A DNA stretch of 64,000 nucleotides from Octopus sinensis (taxonomy: Eukaryota): the NCBI RefSeq assembly GCF_006345805.1, contig NC_043013.1, forward strand, positions 58,900,001-58,964,000. The letters run 5' to 3'. The notes below the pieces were generated by a model. That model made no database searches and was not told where the DNA came from. It was given only the letters and a program-made list of their open reading frames with translations. A program made the position numbers and the translations under genes. Positions within the stretch are counted from its first letter, which is position 1, and each line of letters begins with the position of its first letter. Positions 11,885 to 25,733 of this stretch are shown in pieces.

Positions 11885-12634
11885 TGAGAGGTAATGGTGT
11901 CAGTAAGACCCAAAGGTGTCAGGTAATGCTGAGTAAGTGCTAAGGTTAGCTGATTATGCGAATGAGGAGTCCAACGTAGGTGTATATATAAATTATATAT
12001 ATATCTACACACACACATACATATTTAGAGAAAAAGAGAGAGAGAGATTGGTGCTGTTACACTATAGATGAGGTTAAAAAAGGAGTATTCTATCCAGTGA
12101 GAGATAAGTATCATTTGATTCACATACTTTTTAACTACAGGCTACTATAAGTTTCATGCTTTTGATTATACAATGATCGGAAGAGTTTGTATGACATGAG
12201 GTGTATAATGGGGACTTATTTAGGGTCAGAAAACATGTTGCACTCTAAGAACAAAAATGAAAAATAACGAGAGTAAAATAATGAATGCAAATTAGGGAAC
12301 GAGAATAGGAGAATGGTGGAAAGGCAAGTACGATTTGTGTGAAGTGCACTCGTGAGGATGGGAATGAATAGCTGTGGCTTCTACGAGGAGATCGTTTACA
12401 ACACCAAAATTAAAAGTGTAAACAAAATTAAAAGTGTAAACAAAACATGGAATATTATATAGTTCGCTGCTCGTTATTCTTTGAATCTTAAGAGTAGCGT
12501 AGATAGCAAATTCCTTGCTTGATAGATAAGCATTTCCTAGATAGATATAATATAGATATAAAAAAAAATTAATAGACGTTCAAGGAAAATTGAAACAAGT
12601 AAAAGAGTAAAAGTGTATACTGGGTACAGTATAC

Positions 12635-12827
12635 ACTTTTACTCTTTTACTTGTTTCAATCATTTGACTGCGGCCATGCTGGAGCACCGCCTTTAGTCGA
12701 GCAAACCGACCCCAGGACTTATTCTTCGTAAGCCTAATACTTATTCTATCGGTCTCTTTTTGCCGAACCGTAAGCGATGTTGAGGAGACAAACACAGACA
12801 CACAAACACACACATATACATACATAC

Positions 12828-12898
<71 letters not shown>

Positions 12899-13066
12899 AA
12901 TACAACACGCTTCTTTCAGTTTCCGTCTACCAAATCCATTCACAAGGCTTTGGTCGGCCCGACGCTATGGTAGAAGACACTTGCTCAACGTGCCACGCAA
13001 TGGGACTGAACCAGGAACCATGTGGTTGGTAAGCAAGCTACTTACCACACAGCCACTCCTGCGCCT
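12635..13066 (-). mobile_element. tRNA-derived SINE, family A (octopus OK/OR-like), with internal (TA)n
   Basis: Head GGCGCAGGAGTGGCTGTGTGGTAAG..GGTTCAGTCCC with A/B-box-like motifs; tail GGCGGTGCTCCAGCATGGCCGCAGTCAAATGA..AAACAAGTAAAAGAG; paralogous to 21640, 43608, 45464 and 55113. Confidence 0.9.
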
Positions 13067-15799
13067 ATAAATATTTGTCTCGACCCATGTGTCGTATAGC
13101 GGGCTAGAAGTCACAACCACGAGGATGCGAAGCGAGTTACTTAACCACACAACTATTCGTGAAAAATATTATTACACTTGGGTCGCTTCGGCGCCGAGCA
13201 AGCATGCATGGATGGCTCAACAGTTTACGAAGATAAAGTTACTTTAGTTCTATAAAATGATGAAGCTAAAAATATGTAAAGCAGTATATGGGAGAATGAT
13301 TTTAACGAATGATATGCCAACCACCAGTCAGTTTTCTGACATGTAGTGAAGAGGAAAACCATTGTTTAGATATATAAATAAGAGCACAGAGCCAATAATA
13401 TCCTATCCACCATCAAGTGAAGGATCGTAGAGCGATCCATGCCATATATCAATGGCTCAAGAACGTGGAGGCTGTGTAGAGCCGAACGAACAACACGCTG
13501 ACTGAATAATACATAAAGCTATGGCTTTATAAGTTCGTTCAGAGTTGCTTCTCTTAGGTACATCTCATCGCCTAGAGCCAAGAATCTTGTCTGGGATTCC
13601 TAATAGATGGTGACACTGAACGAACAGGGTGTTTTACCATAAGGGAGATATATTCCACACGGTAAGTGTAGCGTATTAGCCTTTTAGCAGTTGAAATATG
13701 TCACAAACATACTTCAACTGACATTAAATCTGCTCATGCCTAAACATTACTTACTTTCGTCATAGAAATAAGTTTTAAAAGGATTTGCAATTTTGATAGT
13801 TATTTTCGAGTGAATACACACGTGGGTTAGTAGGATAAGAATATTCTTTACAGAGTTATGAAACTTATAAAAATTTTGTTCTGTTATGTGTGAGTTTTGT
13901 TGTAGAAAGATTACGTAATGAATAGGATAACGAGTAAATGGTGAGGTTTACGCGAGTGAGGCATTAAAACTTTGTTCTTGTCTGTAATTCTTAGAAGCGT
14001 GAATCCATTCAATGCTGCGTTTCTCATTCAGGAAACCGAATATTTTTTACTAATGACGATCACGGCTTATCGAAATTTACCGTTGCAATGTCACGCTATG
14101 GCTTACTGTTTAACAATGCCAATGTATACCAAATAATAGTTGTTTCATACATATCTTGACCAAAAGTCTCTTTAGAATTCCACCTAGCAAAAACAAAATA
14201 CTGAAACAACACCAATAGTAGATATCTACAGTGAAGAGCTCAGCATTAAGTAAATGGGTTCAGTTTTGCAACAATTAAAAGTAAAGCTGTAATCTATTTA
14301 AACTACATTATTTACTCTTTATTATATTCAAAATTTTACCTTTCTACCAGAGTTCTACAAATTTTCATAGAAACTAAGTTTTATAAATCGCTTTGATAAA
14401 TGGTATTTTTACTTTTTCGAGTAACTTACTAGCTTTTATAAAAGTATCAGGAACCTGTTTTTACATTTTATATCTAAATTTAAGCTTAATCATTTGACTT
14501 GTAAATCTTAATCATTTGACCTGTAAATCTTCAGACACTAGAATGGCATATATATATCGAAATAGTTAATATGTACAATAGAATGAAACGAATCAACATC
14601 TGGACATCAATCCTCATTATAATGAAGCTAATAGAAGTATATCTATGTGAAACTCTAACAGGCCTTGATCCCAACTCCACCACATATCACACCTTCCTTA
14701 AGCAATTTATATGCGTAGAACGCCTCTTACTGCAACCTGCTGCATTAAGTCAGGAAATAGGAGTGTAGTGGATTCTTTTGTTGATTTAATTTTAGCAAGG
14801 AAGGTAACTTTTAAAAGTGCTTTCTATAACTAGACAAAGTTATATCAAAATCGGCTCAGAGGGCTAGTCTATTTCTACATGTCACGTGATTAGTTAAGCT
14901 TCATTTATATTTTAACCAATCGTTAACCAATCGATTTTACTACACTTCTAATAAACGCGAGTCTTTCAAGGTTTTGTTACGTTATGAAAACACATTTGCT
15001 CACGCTTTTAACTAGAAGCGTTATATTTGTTTTTGGATAGTGCAACGCTCTTATACATAGACGTCACTTCTATATATTTCTAATTAAAAATTATTGTTAT
15101 GCAATTTTCTTTGTGTGTGCATCATGTAATATATATCATTAATATTTTTCTCAAAGAATTAAGGCTTATAACAAACTCTTGCATTCCAAACTGAACTTTA
15201 TAAATTTGTTTGTAATATTTTGTCAGATTCAGTCATGAGACTTAGTTTAGAGATTTAGTCATCTATGATGGCTTCAATATTTTAATCATAGAAATCTGGT
15301 TGTGCAACACGTATTTTATTAGGGTAAAACAATATTTCCTTTCATCTAACAAAATTAAATGACACGAGAGAGAGAGAGGTTTTCTGGAGGACGAGAGTTA
15401 TGATGTTTGGTCTGTTCCCTGTATAAGTTATCACAACGGTACATCGGCTGAGCTGCTCGGCGTTTGAGTTAATTGATCCACCTATTGGAAATAGCAGCTA
15501 AATCCCTCTCATATCACATTCTGTTGTCTTAAATGATATATTGAATAATGTAGTTTCCGATATATAAAATGACGGACTGTTGACCACTGGGAACTTAGTG
15601 GACAAAATACTGGCCACCTTTCATCGCAGGTCAATTGATCACATCTGACCTGGAGTAAAACAATAACAAAGAAGTTACTCCTAGGTTCAAACTTAGAAAC
15701 AGTGACTTGATAGTTTTTAATCTCTCCCCTTCTCTCTTTTTTGCTGCTACTTTGTGGCGATAGAAAAGGTCAAAAATTTTATATACTATACGACATACC

Positions 15800-16346
<547 letters not shown>

Positions 16347-16536
16347 AATATGCAATGTAACTATGCATGTATTTTTCATATATCTATGTGTATGTATGTC
16401 ATTATTCAGTTTCTTTCAAGATTTCTTGCCAATAGAGAAAGAACCGGTTTCTAACCTACATCCAAGGCTCTTTCATTGGAATTTCAACAACAACAACAGG
16501 GTGTTTTTGTATGTATGCATGTAATGTATGTATGTG

Positions 16537-17103
16537 CACTACCGTCAGAAATTAATTAGCACCCTTGATTTGCTCACCATGAAGCATGGTGGGGGTGGTC
16601 TGATGGTGTGAGGGGCGTTCAGCTACAGTGGTGTTGGGCGGCTCTATGCCGTCGAAGGCAACATCAACGCAGCAAAGTACGTTGAGATAGTACGGGATAC
16701 CTCTTTGGTGGCGAGGAGTACGTGCTGGCCAGTCACCTGACCTGAACCCTATTGAGAACCTCTGGAGTCGATTGGGTAGGGATTTGAATGTGCAGCAATA
16801 TAGGAACCGACACGAGCTGTTTGGGGCACTTCTTGCTGCATGAGGGTCCATCCCTGCACAGTACCTGCAGGCACTCATAGACAGCATGCCGACCCGCGTA
16901 GCAGCTGTCATTGCTGCCAAAGAAGGAGCAACAAGATATTGACTAAATTTCACGATTAATAACAATTATGTGGTGTGCTGGGATATGTTTTAATAAATTT
17001 TTGATTAAAAACGAGTTCGTTTCTGATAATAAGTTAATTAAATTAAGAAAATGTAAGAAAATGTAGAAATTTGAGAAGTGCTAATTAATTTCCGACGCAA
17101 GTG
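16537..17103 (+). mobile_element. Internally deleted Tc1 transposon with 26-bp TIRs
   Basis: TIRs CACTACCGTCAGAAATTAATTAGCAC and revcomp CACTTGCGTCGGAAATTAATTAGCAC, TA on the right; internal TMKHGGGGLMV*GAFS..EGNINAAKYVEI, SPDLNPIENLW, SMPTRVAAVIAAK. Confidence 0.9.
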
Positions 17104-17249
17104 TATGTATGTATGTATGTTTGCATGTATGTGCAGATTTGTATTGTTTTATGTATGTATTCTCATGCATATAGTTACATATCTAGGCATGCTCATGTAT
17201 ATTTAAATGATAAACTACTGGAGATTTTTACAGTTTTTTACAGTTCCAG

Positions 17250-18276
17250 AGATGGATTAGATCTGTAGACTTCGAATTAGTTTTCTCCTTTCTGATTTTG
17301 AAAAGCCTAACTTCTCAAGATTGGTCTGTTACACATACCAGGGACTCGATATTTACAGGTATAAACCTGAACTTGTAATCTGAATAGAGTAACTGCAGAC
17401 TTCTCAATAGTATGTATTCTCTTTTTAACTGATCTTTAGTTTTATGTCAACTTTCGCTGAGCAGCTAATTTCCACAACTGTGCACAGTTTCTCTTCTCTA
17501 TCCCAAAACATCATATCAGGTCTGTTGTGCTTACATATTATTGAGATCTACACTGGGACATTCCACCAGTATTACATTTTATCATGAGTGGCTATGGCTT
17601 CTTCAATATTGTGGGTTCTTATTTCTTTGTCCTCGGGATTATCCTTCCGACGGATTTATTATAGAATGTCCTAGCTACATTATGTCGCATCGGTAGATAA
17701 TACCATGACGACATTTTCGGACACCTACTTATGATGTGGGTGATATCTTCAGAATGAACTCCACAAAGTCTCTGTTGCTTGTCACATTTTACGGCTTTTC
17801 CTGCTTCTCTATCCCTTTTGTGCATCAGGTATTTGGTTGATATTTCCTGTTCCTGGATATCTTTACTATCATCACGGAGCTGTCTACTGACATCCATGCA
17901 TAGTCTTCTGCTCATATATGCTCATCCTTTCATCTAATGATATGTTGCAGTAGAGTCGTGCGACTTCTTTGGGCAGGTATTCTAGGTTATCAGACAAAGA
18001 GCTTTGCTCAAGGATCTGCCTTCCAAGTCTTATGATGTTATCAGCCTCATGTACGCAAATTTGGTCAAGGGATGTACTTCGATACTTCGTGGTTTGAAGA
18101 TGTTGCCGAAGGGATATGATGCGATATTTAAGGGCATTTTTGATTGAGGTTAAACCTCTGCCACCTTGTTTTCGTTTTAGGTAGAGGCGGTCTACGTTAC
18201 TGTTTATGTGGAAATGATGTGTGCTTGTTAGCATTTTTCGGGTTTTCACAACAATGGTTCGGATTTCATCAAGCAT
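17250..18276 (-). mobile_element. Degenerate R4/Dong-type LINE 3' portion (second family) with RLE domain
   Basis: DRLYLKRKQGGRGL, RLCGVHSEDITHIISRC, HNRPDMMFWDREEKLCTVVEISC (PD-(D/E)xK-type RLE), FRFIPVNI. Confidence 0.8.
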
Positions 18277-18289
18277 CCAATGTACGTAC

Positions 18290-18382
18290 GTACTTATGTA
18301 TGTATGTATGTATGTATGTATGTATGTATGTATGTATGTATGTATGTATGTATGTATGTATGTATGTATGTATGTATGTATG
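18290..18382. repeat. (ATGT)n microsatellite
   Basis: Direct reading. Confidence 0.97.
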
Positions 18383-21300
18383 TGTGTATGCCTCTGTGTA
18401 TGGGTGTAACCATTATTTTTCTTTGTGAGGTCATCTATCTAAATTGTAAGTAGTTGTTTTACTTTCATTCGAAACTGGTTCAACATAGAAAAATAATAAT
18501 TTAAAGAACCGTAATGGATTTTATAAGTTGGCAAATAGTGTAAATCAAATTACGCCACAATGAGATTAGGTAAAAAAATTGTACTGCTGGTGTTGGTGGT
18601 GGTGCTGGTGTTGCTGGTGGTGGTACTGCAGCTGTTGGTGGTGATGTGCTGCCGCTTCTGATGCTGCTGCTACTGGTGGTGGTAGTGCTGCAATTCGTGA
18701 AGAAATTTCTCTTGCCTCTCAGATTCATAGAGAGATCTGGTGTTTAATGAACCAATTACACAATTTGTTACAGACAGTATGGGAGTAATTAAAAAGTGGC
18801 AAGCAATGTGCTCCTTTGTCATTCACTGACCAATCAGTGTTGCGTTCTGTCACACGAGTTAAGTATAGATTTCCTATGTAGCACTTTACCCTAGTGACTT
18901 GGCACTTGTCGGGCTTTTCGTTGCATGATGATGATGATAATGATGATGATGATGATGATGATGATAGTGGATGTGTTAATGTGACGGTAGTAGGGGTGAT
19001 GACAATGATGGTGGTGGCAATAATTTTGATGATTACTAAACATCATTAGAGTAGATATGCGAAGTGCCTGAGGATTTTTAATTCGAGACTGATATTCAAG
19101 TTTTGATGGAAAACTCTTCCTCTCAAACTCCCTCCCCATCAACAACAACAACAATTACTACTACCTCAACTACTACTATTACCGATGCTGATGCTATTAC
19201 AACAACAGCAACAACTACTACTACTACCACCCTATCAGAGCGGCTGCTCGCCCTTCCTGTAATACAATGATTACTCAAATAAGTGGGACCATGGAATATC
19301 ACTCCATTATGCCATCATGGTGATATTATGGCTACTGAGTCGTCGTCGTCATCATCATCAAAAACAACAACAATAACTTCAACTATCAATGGTCAGGGCT
19401 CACTTTGAAGATTCACCTGGCTTGAAACACAAAACCTTTTTCTGAAGATTTTCGACGAAATTTCGAAAAACAACGTCACCTTACAAGGCAAGACAAGCTC
19501 ATACAACAAGACTTGGATCGTTTTAGCAGAATAGGTTAAGAGGAGATATTTGTTTATCGATGTACGACTGTATAGGTGTCTTTGTATTTGTAAGCCTGTG
19601 TGTATGGATCTAAGTACATACATACATACATACATACATACATACATACATACATACATACATACATACATACATACATACATACATACATACATACGTA
19701 CGTACGTACATACATAGTGTTTTCTCAAGAAACACTCTTTTCCTGATGATCTCCTATACAGCTCCAAAACAGCCTTGTATCTTTGTTGGAAACCGGCTCC
19801 TTCCTCAGTGGAAGATTTATAATAATTAGCAAATAGAAGACATACATACATATTAGTCCAAGTCTACAGTATTATAGGTTCATTTTACCCAATCTTACCA
19901 ATCTTTTTCACTGGGTATTAAGATAACTGGTAATAGATAACAGGGCAGTTAATTAACACCTTGCGCTCTTCGAAGAGCACGTGTTCTAGCTAACCACCCA
20001 GTGTATGCGTTTGTGTGTGTTTGTGTATGCGCGTGTGTGTGTGTCTGTCGTTAAGACCGCTGTGGACTGCGATAATCGTCCTGAGAACTAATCGTGTATG
20101 TTAGATTCTAAAATAGGCACACTATATTGGTTGATGAAATTTTGTCAGCACCGGCGGATGGTTTCGTTGCATCACATGATTTCAGCATAAAATGTGATTC
20201 ATCAGCAACAGGCACCCAAGCACCGAATGCCAAATCGAAAATCCGTCAAACTCATATATTTTAACACTGACTAAATAGTTAGCTGGGGGACTGTGTATAA
20301 ATTAGCGATTAGCAACAGAAGCAGCCCTCATGAAGAATATTAATTTGCACATCTAGTTTAACTGGGGTATGTTGCTAAGAACGCCACAGACTGCAGTTAT
20401 TGTATTGAGAAATCATCTCGTATATACGTTAGGTGGACTGCTAGACGTGAATTCCGATTGATTCTCCCAATTCTTTAATCTTTCTCTGTGCGTGTCTCTC
20501 TCTCCACACCACTCACTCACAGACACACATACGCATTCTCACAATCGCGCGCACACACACACATACACACACATAGATACATATGCATATACGTTACCTA
20601 CATCACCTGAATCGACCAGACTTGCAGTTGTTGCTATACATTTCTGGCCACGATGCGCTTCCAAATCTTTCTTGATTGCAACCTTCTTTTCCGTCTAGGT
20701 TCAAACTAAATCATTGTCATAAACGCCTTCTGAGTAGCCTTTTCCGATTTCCTGAATATAATTCGGCAACTGTACAGGTCAAATGTAAGAGTGATCACGG
20801 TAAGATTTGAAATCAGAGGAATGCAGAGAAGCGTAGCACCAGTGAAACAATCACTCAACGCTGAAACAGTTTTACTATTCGCTACCAACGAAACCGAAAA
20901 CGTAATAGGAAGAGCTCAGTTTTGTCAGCGTCACAACGAATGTGCCTAAAGTTCACCTGGAGGTGATCAGTACCTGTGGCATATCCCATCAGTTATAATA
21001 TCATTCAGTCAAAATGTATTTACATAGCTTGGCATTTGATATGAGACATGTGCCTGCTCTTTCTAGGTGTTCAGTCGACCCTATAGCAGCTTCAATGTTC
21101 AGAGTATACAATGATGACTATAGACTCTTGAGGAAACTCACGTATGGACTGTCATTCTACTAGAAATAGCAGCAAAATCATCCTCATACACAACACAATC
21201 CTAATGAAAAATAGACTAACTTACTGGATAAATGTACACGCAGATACATCATAGTAAGACATTTAGCTGCTATTTTTGTAGTTCAAGGAGTTACAACTGT

Positions 21301-21639
21301 AACTCCTTGGTAGCTTCAACGTTGTCGTTTGAACTAGAAATGAAAGCATTGGAATATCAAAATCGTACCCACATTCTCTTAAAATAGATACAAGATATTG
21401 GGTAAGGTAACGAAGAGCTAAAATGTAATTTTAAAGAAAGGTTAATGCTGAACACTCATGGTTGTCCGAGTTACACAAAAGAGGACAGTACAGTGATGAC
21501 TGGGAAGCCTTTGATGACCAATCAGTTCAGCCAGGACTAGCCTCTGGCCAACTGCATCAACGAATTCAATGGAACACTTTTATAAAATTTAACGAAAGAA
21601 AATAATACAAGAATTTAATTTAAAACTATGCACATAGAG

Positions 21640-22020
21640 GCGGAGGCGCGGCGGCGTGGTGAGAAGCTTGCTTCCAAACTGCATGGTTCTGGGTTCAGTC
21701 TGTCTGTGTGGCAGATTGGACAAATGTCTTCTACTATAGCCTCGGGCCGACAAAAGCCTTGTAAGAGGATTTGGTGTTGTGTGTGTGAGAGAGAGGAAGA
21801 GAGAGAGAGAGAAAGAGTGTTTGTCTCCCCACCGTCGCTTGAGACCGGAGTTGGTGTGTTTACGTTTCCGTAAATTAGCAGTTCGACATAAGAGACTGAC
21901 AGAATAAGTACTATGCTTAAAAATATAAGTACTGGGATCGATTTATTAAACTAAAGAAAGAAAACACTCAAGGTGATGCTCCAGCATGGCCGCAGTCAAA
22001 TAACTGGAACAAGTAAAAGA
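21640..22020 (+). mobile_element. Diverged family A SINE
   Basis: Colinear similarity to the 43608 copy from head to tail (GCTCCAGCATGGCCGCAGTCAAAT); CpGs retained. Confidence 0.8.
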
Positions 22021-22512
22021 TATATTCCAGCAGCAGGATACGGACTCTTTACCGTTTGGTCTGTAATTTAACACACACTCACCAGACATGCAACTCTAGT
22101 CATGACAGATACGCACGGTGGATAAAGAGTCATAAAAAGGTTGCAACAGGAAACAAATAAAGGCCAGGGCTCTTAACATTTGTAAAGTATAAGCTATTGT
22201 TTATGGACATGATATACATTTTAAAAGGAAACTGCCTTTTGATTTAGATAAATCTTCTGTGATTGCTAAATATTTCCACTGACCTTTGTCAGTGAAATAT
22301 TAATTCAGAGCTACGGAGGCAAAGCTCTTTTGTGTCGAATTCTTTTGCGCTTCTCACATATTCATGTAAATTTCGCCATGCTTCCTCTGTCGCTACTTCA
22401 GATGTTGTTGCTCTTTTGTTATGAGATACTTTACGCTTCACTCCGCTTACAGTCCTGAGTATTATCAAACATAGACCAGATATTGTTGTTGTTATGGCCG
22501 TTGTTTTTGTTC

Positions 22513-22570
<58 letters not shown>

Positions 22571-23309
22571 CGAAACGTTTAGAATTTTAAAACAAAGCGA
22601 TAGAGACAAATCTTGTATGTATGTAAGTATGTATAAGTATTTGTGTGTATTAACGAAAATAAAAGCCACTATTGCTAGCAAATACATCGAAGAGAACACA
22701 GCACATGTTTAGCTTTAGTTCATTTTTCAATATATGATTTCAATGCCACAGTATAAAACAGAATTGTTTGGTCTCAAGGGTGCACCAATTGTTATTCCTT
22801 GTATCTGCGTTAACTACTGTACGCACAATGGGCCATAACGTAAGAAAGTGCTCTCTAATAGTATGATATTAATATCAAATACCTTTTTTCAATAACTTCA
22901 CTGGAAATACTTTAGCCATTTGTTTGCTTCCCTTGAAATATATTTGCTTAGGTGGTTGCTGAATAACATGACTGATGCTGTTATTTTTATATTTCATTAT
23001 TTTATTATCATTGTTCAATCACATTGTGCTGTCTTCAGTTCTTGGTGACTAGAAATGTTGTTTGGAAACTCAAAATATTTTGTAGATTGAAATGGAGATC
23101 CCACGTTAGCGTCTTACAAAATGTTGTTGTCAGAGAGCTAAGTTTATAGGTCATAGCTTCCATCCGGACGCCGGACGTGAATCAGTCAAACTGGTACCGT
23201 TAACGGAGAAAGAATTCACAAAGTTTCTACTCTATTGGCCTGGACAACATTCTTCTTTTACAACCTCTTTCACATCAGAAACTTAATATAACATAGTGTG
23301 CCACGCATT

Positions 23310-23470
23310 TCTTCTGGTTCTTTACGTTCCGAGTTCAAATCACACCAAGTTCAACTTCACCTTTCATCATTTCAGGGGTGATAAAGTAAATCCGTTGAAC
23401 ACTAGGTTTGATTAAATCGACTAACTTCCCCACCTAAAATTGTTGACCTCCTATCAAAATTAGAATTATC
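23310..23470 (+). mobile_element. Diverged family B SINE fragment
   Basis: TTCCGAGTTCAAAT..TTTCATCATTTCAGGGGTGATAAA matches the copies at 37230 and 37415. Confidence 0.6.
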
Positions 23471-25698
23471 ATAAGGCGATAAGCGGACAGAATCTTTACC
23501 ACGCTGGACAAAATACTTAACAGCATATCTTCAAGCTTTTTAGGCTGCGAAGAAATGCCGCCGCTGAGATCGATAGGTTTGATGTAAGTTTTGAGCAAAT
23601 TGTTGTGGATTTCCTATTTTCATTGTCCCCTTTGTTGTGTAACTACCCAACAATCAGATGTGAGAACTGGTATTTTTTTTCTTAGTCACGCTTACCGCGG
23701 CTAAAGTATTTTCGAAAATTTTCATTCATAAAAAACTCCAAATCCAAAAACATGCCTGCAGTTTTAACAATAAATTGGCAAGAGAATAAGATGTTGCCAT
23801 CAGAAGCCTCCTTTTTACTAAAGGCAATCGCCACGCCTTTAATGAAGTAAGTTGAAAAGAGAATAGGCAGCAGTAAGTGCAACAACAAGAACAATTCAGC
23901 CACCAACAACACACCAAGTGGAAGCAGCAGCTGATCGGATCTACCACTACCGACACCAAAAAAATGGTTAATCTGCTATTTCGGCACAAACACCAACACC
24001 ACCAACCACAGCTCCTTCTCCACCATTCTCACTTCGCCAAACGCCAGTGAGACTCGCAGCAGAAACACAAGCAGCAACAGCTTCACTACTGCCACCTGTG
24101 AAATATTTCAAGGTTAAAAAGTTCTGTTTGTGCCTTCATTGGTCAGTGTATATATAATATGGGCAACTGATGCCTCATAAATTGTTCCAGTATAGTCTAG
24201 AAAGTGCCCTTCAAGACTGAAACAAATCCAAGATACTTCAGGACTTTAGAAACACATTGCAAGTTTGAACACAACTGCAGCAACATCCCCTAATCCTATT
24301 GCTACCAACGTAACAAAGAAACCCTATAATAGCCATTACCAACAACAGCAGTAACACTGACTCTGACGGACGGAAAAAGAAAGAGCAAGGTGAGTTGTCC
24401 TATGTCCCTGGACTGAACATTTAAACTAATAACACTAACATAGTATACTGCTACTACGTGGACAATTAGGAGGGATTATTACGTATAAACATATTAAATC
24501 TGGTGTAAATAGATTTGACATCGAAAATGGCTGAACGATTAATATTAAAAGCGGAGCCAAATGTATCAAGTCGAAATTTTGCATCAAGCAAATTTAAACC
24601 AAGCGCACATGGGAGAAAGAAATGCTTCATATACTGCTAATATACTGCTAATCAAATATACTGCTAAGTTTCAAGCGCAAGTATTTTTGTCATTATCCAT
24701 TCACTAGCCTCAGAAATTCTGATGAAACCATTCACTCACTCAGAAGGTTTCTTGGAGGTAATGTTATTATTTTACCTTCAGATTAAGCCAACCAATCGCA
24801 CTAATTGCGGAAAGCCTGTGAAAGAATATATTTTTCTTACCTGTGACTAAATCATTACAGAAGTCAATTTATCCATTCATCTAAGATTAATAGACATAAA
24901 AAGAATACATATTTTAGCTTACGTCTGAGTATTACAAAACTTGCATTTCGTTTTTAAACTTCAATCACTTTTTAAATAAAATGTTAAACGTTTTAGTTAT
25001 ATTTAGAAATTTATTTTAAACTAATTGTGGAATGCAATATCACACAAACACTCAAAATTTAAAGGAGAAAAGAAAAATACTTAAGTTTTAAACTGTAACG
25101 TCAGTCTTGTGCTACTCTGCATAACATAGAATATAAATATTGATTTATAACTTTGGTACAAAGCCACAAATTCTGAAGATGGGTAGAATCGATCATATCA
25201 GCTATCATAGTTGACCAGTATTAATTTATCGATACGCGATGTATGAGAGTTAAGTCAAAGCCGGTCTCAACGAGAAAAAAAAAACTGAAAACTTATAGCG
25301 ATGTAACTAAATACTGCAAATTATTTACTGCGAAATATAACTGATTTTAAAAATCTAGGGATTGCAAAAGAATGTTAGTAAAAGTTAGGAAAGAAACGAA
25401 AAACAAACAAGATCAAAATGTAAAATGAACTAAACTTAATTTCTTACGATAATATTAAATGTAAGATTGTGCATATTAAAAATATCGTGTTACCGATGAC
25501 ACATTAGATTCCGTCAGTATTAATGGCAATATTAATGATTCTTTCGTCCCACCCGACAAAGGAAAAATGTATTCAACGTGTGTCACTTATTTCAATCTAA
25601 ATGCATAATGCTTGGAACAATCACTCAAATACTCTCTCCCTGTAATAGCTTGTGAAGTGCACATATACATTTGCAAACGCAAGTACACACTCACTCTC

Positions 25699-25733
<35 letters not shown>

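Noticed and set aside
11400-12018. ORF-track entries rich in YIYI, CVCV, MYVC, IIII or LLLL here and at 16076-16379, 38772, 40807-41318, 48306, 55153 and 62759-63986
   Set aside because: Translations of microsatellites with no coding evidence
19389-19539. Apparent charged helical mini-ORF (MVRAHFEDSPG..FRRNFEKQR)
   Set aside because: On recount the T-run at 19437-41 puts a TGA in frame, so the two halves are in different frames
20150-20215. Minus-strand CUGAUGA...GAAAC resembling a hammerhead
   Set aside because: Five extra nucleotides (GCAAC) separate stem II from GAAA and pair with upstream GUUGC, giving a plain bulged hairpin; no stem I or III
24841-24880. 40-nt minus-strand segment with AG acceptor and CAG|GTAAGA donor
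   Set aside because: Stops in all three frames and no supporting neighbouring exons; such signals arise by chance in AT-rich DNA
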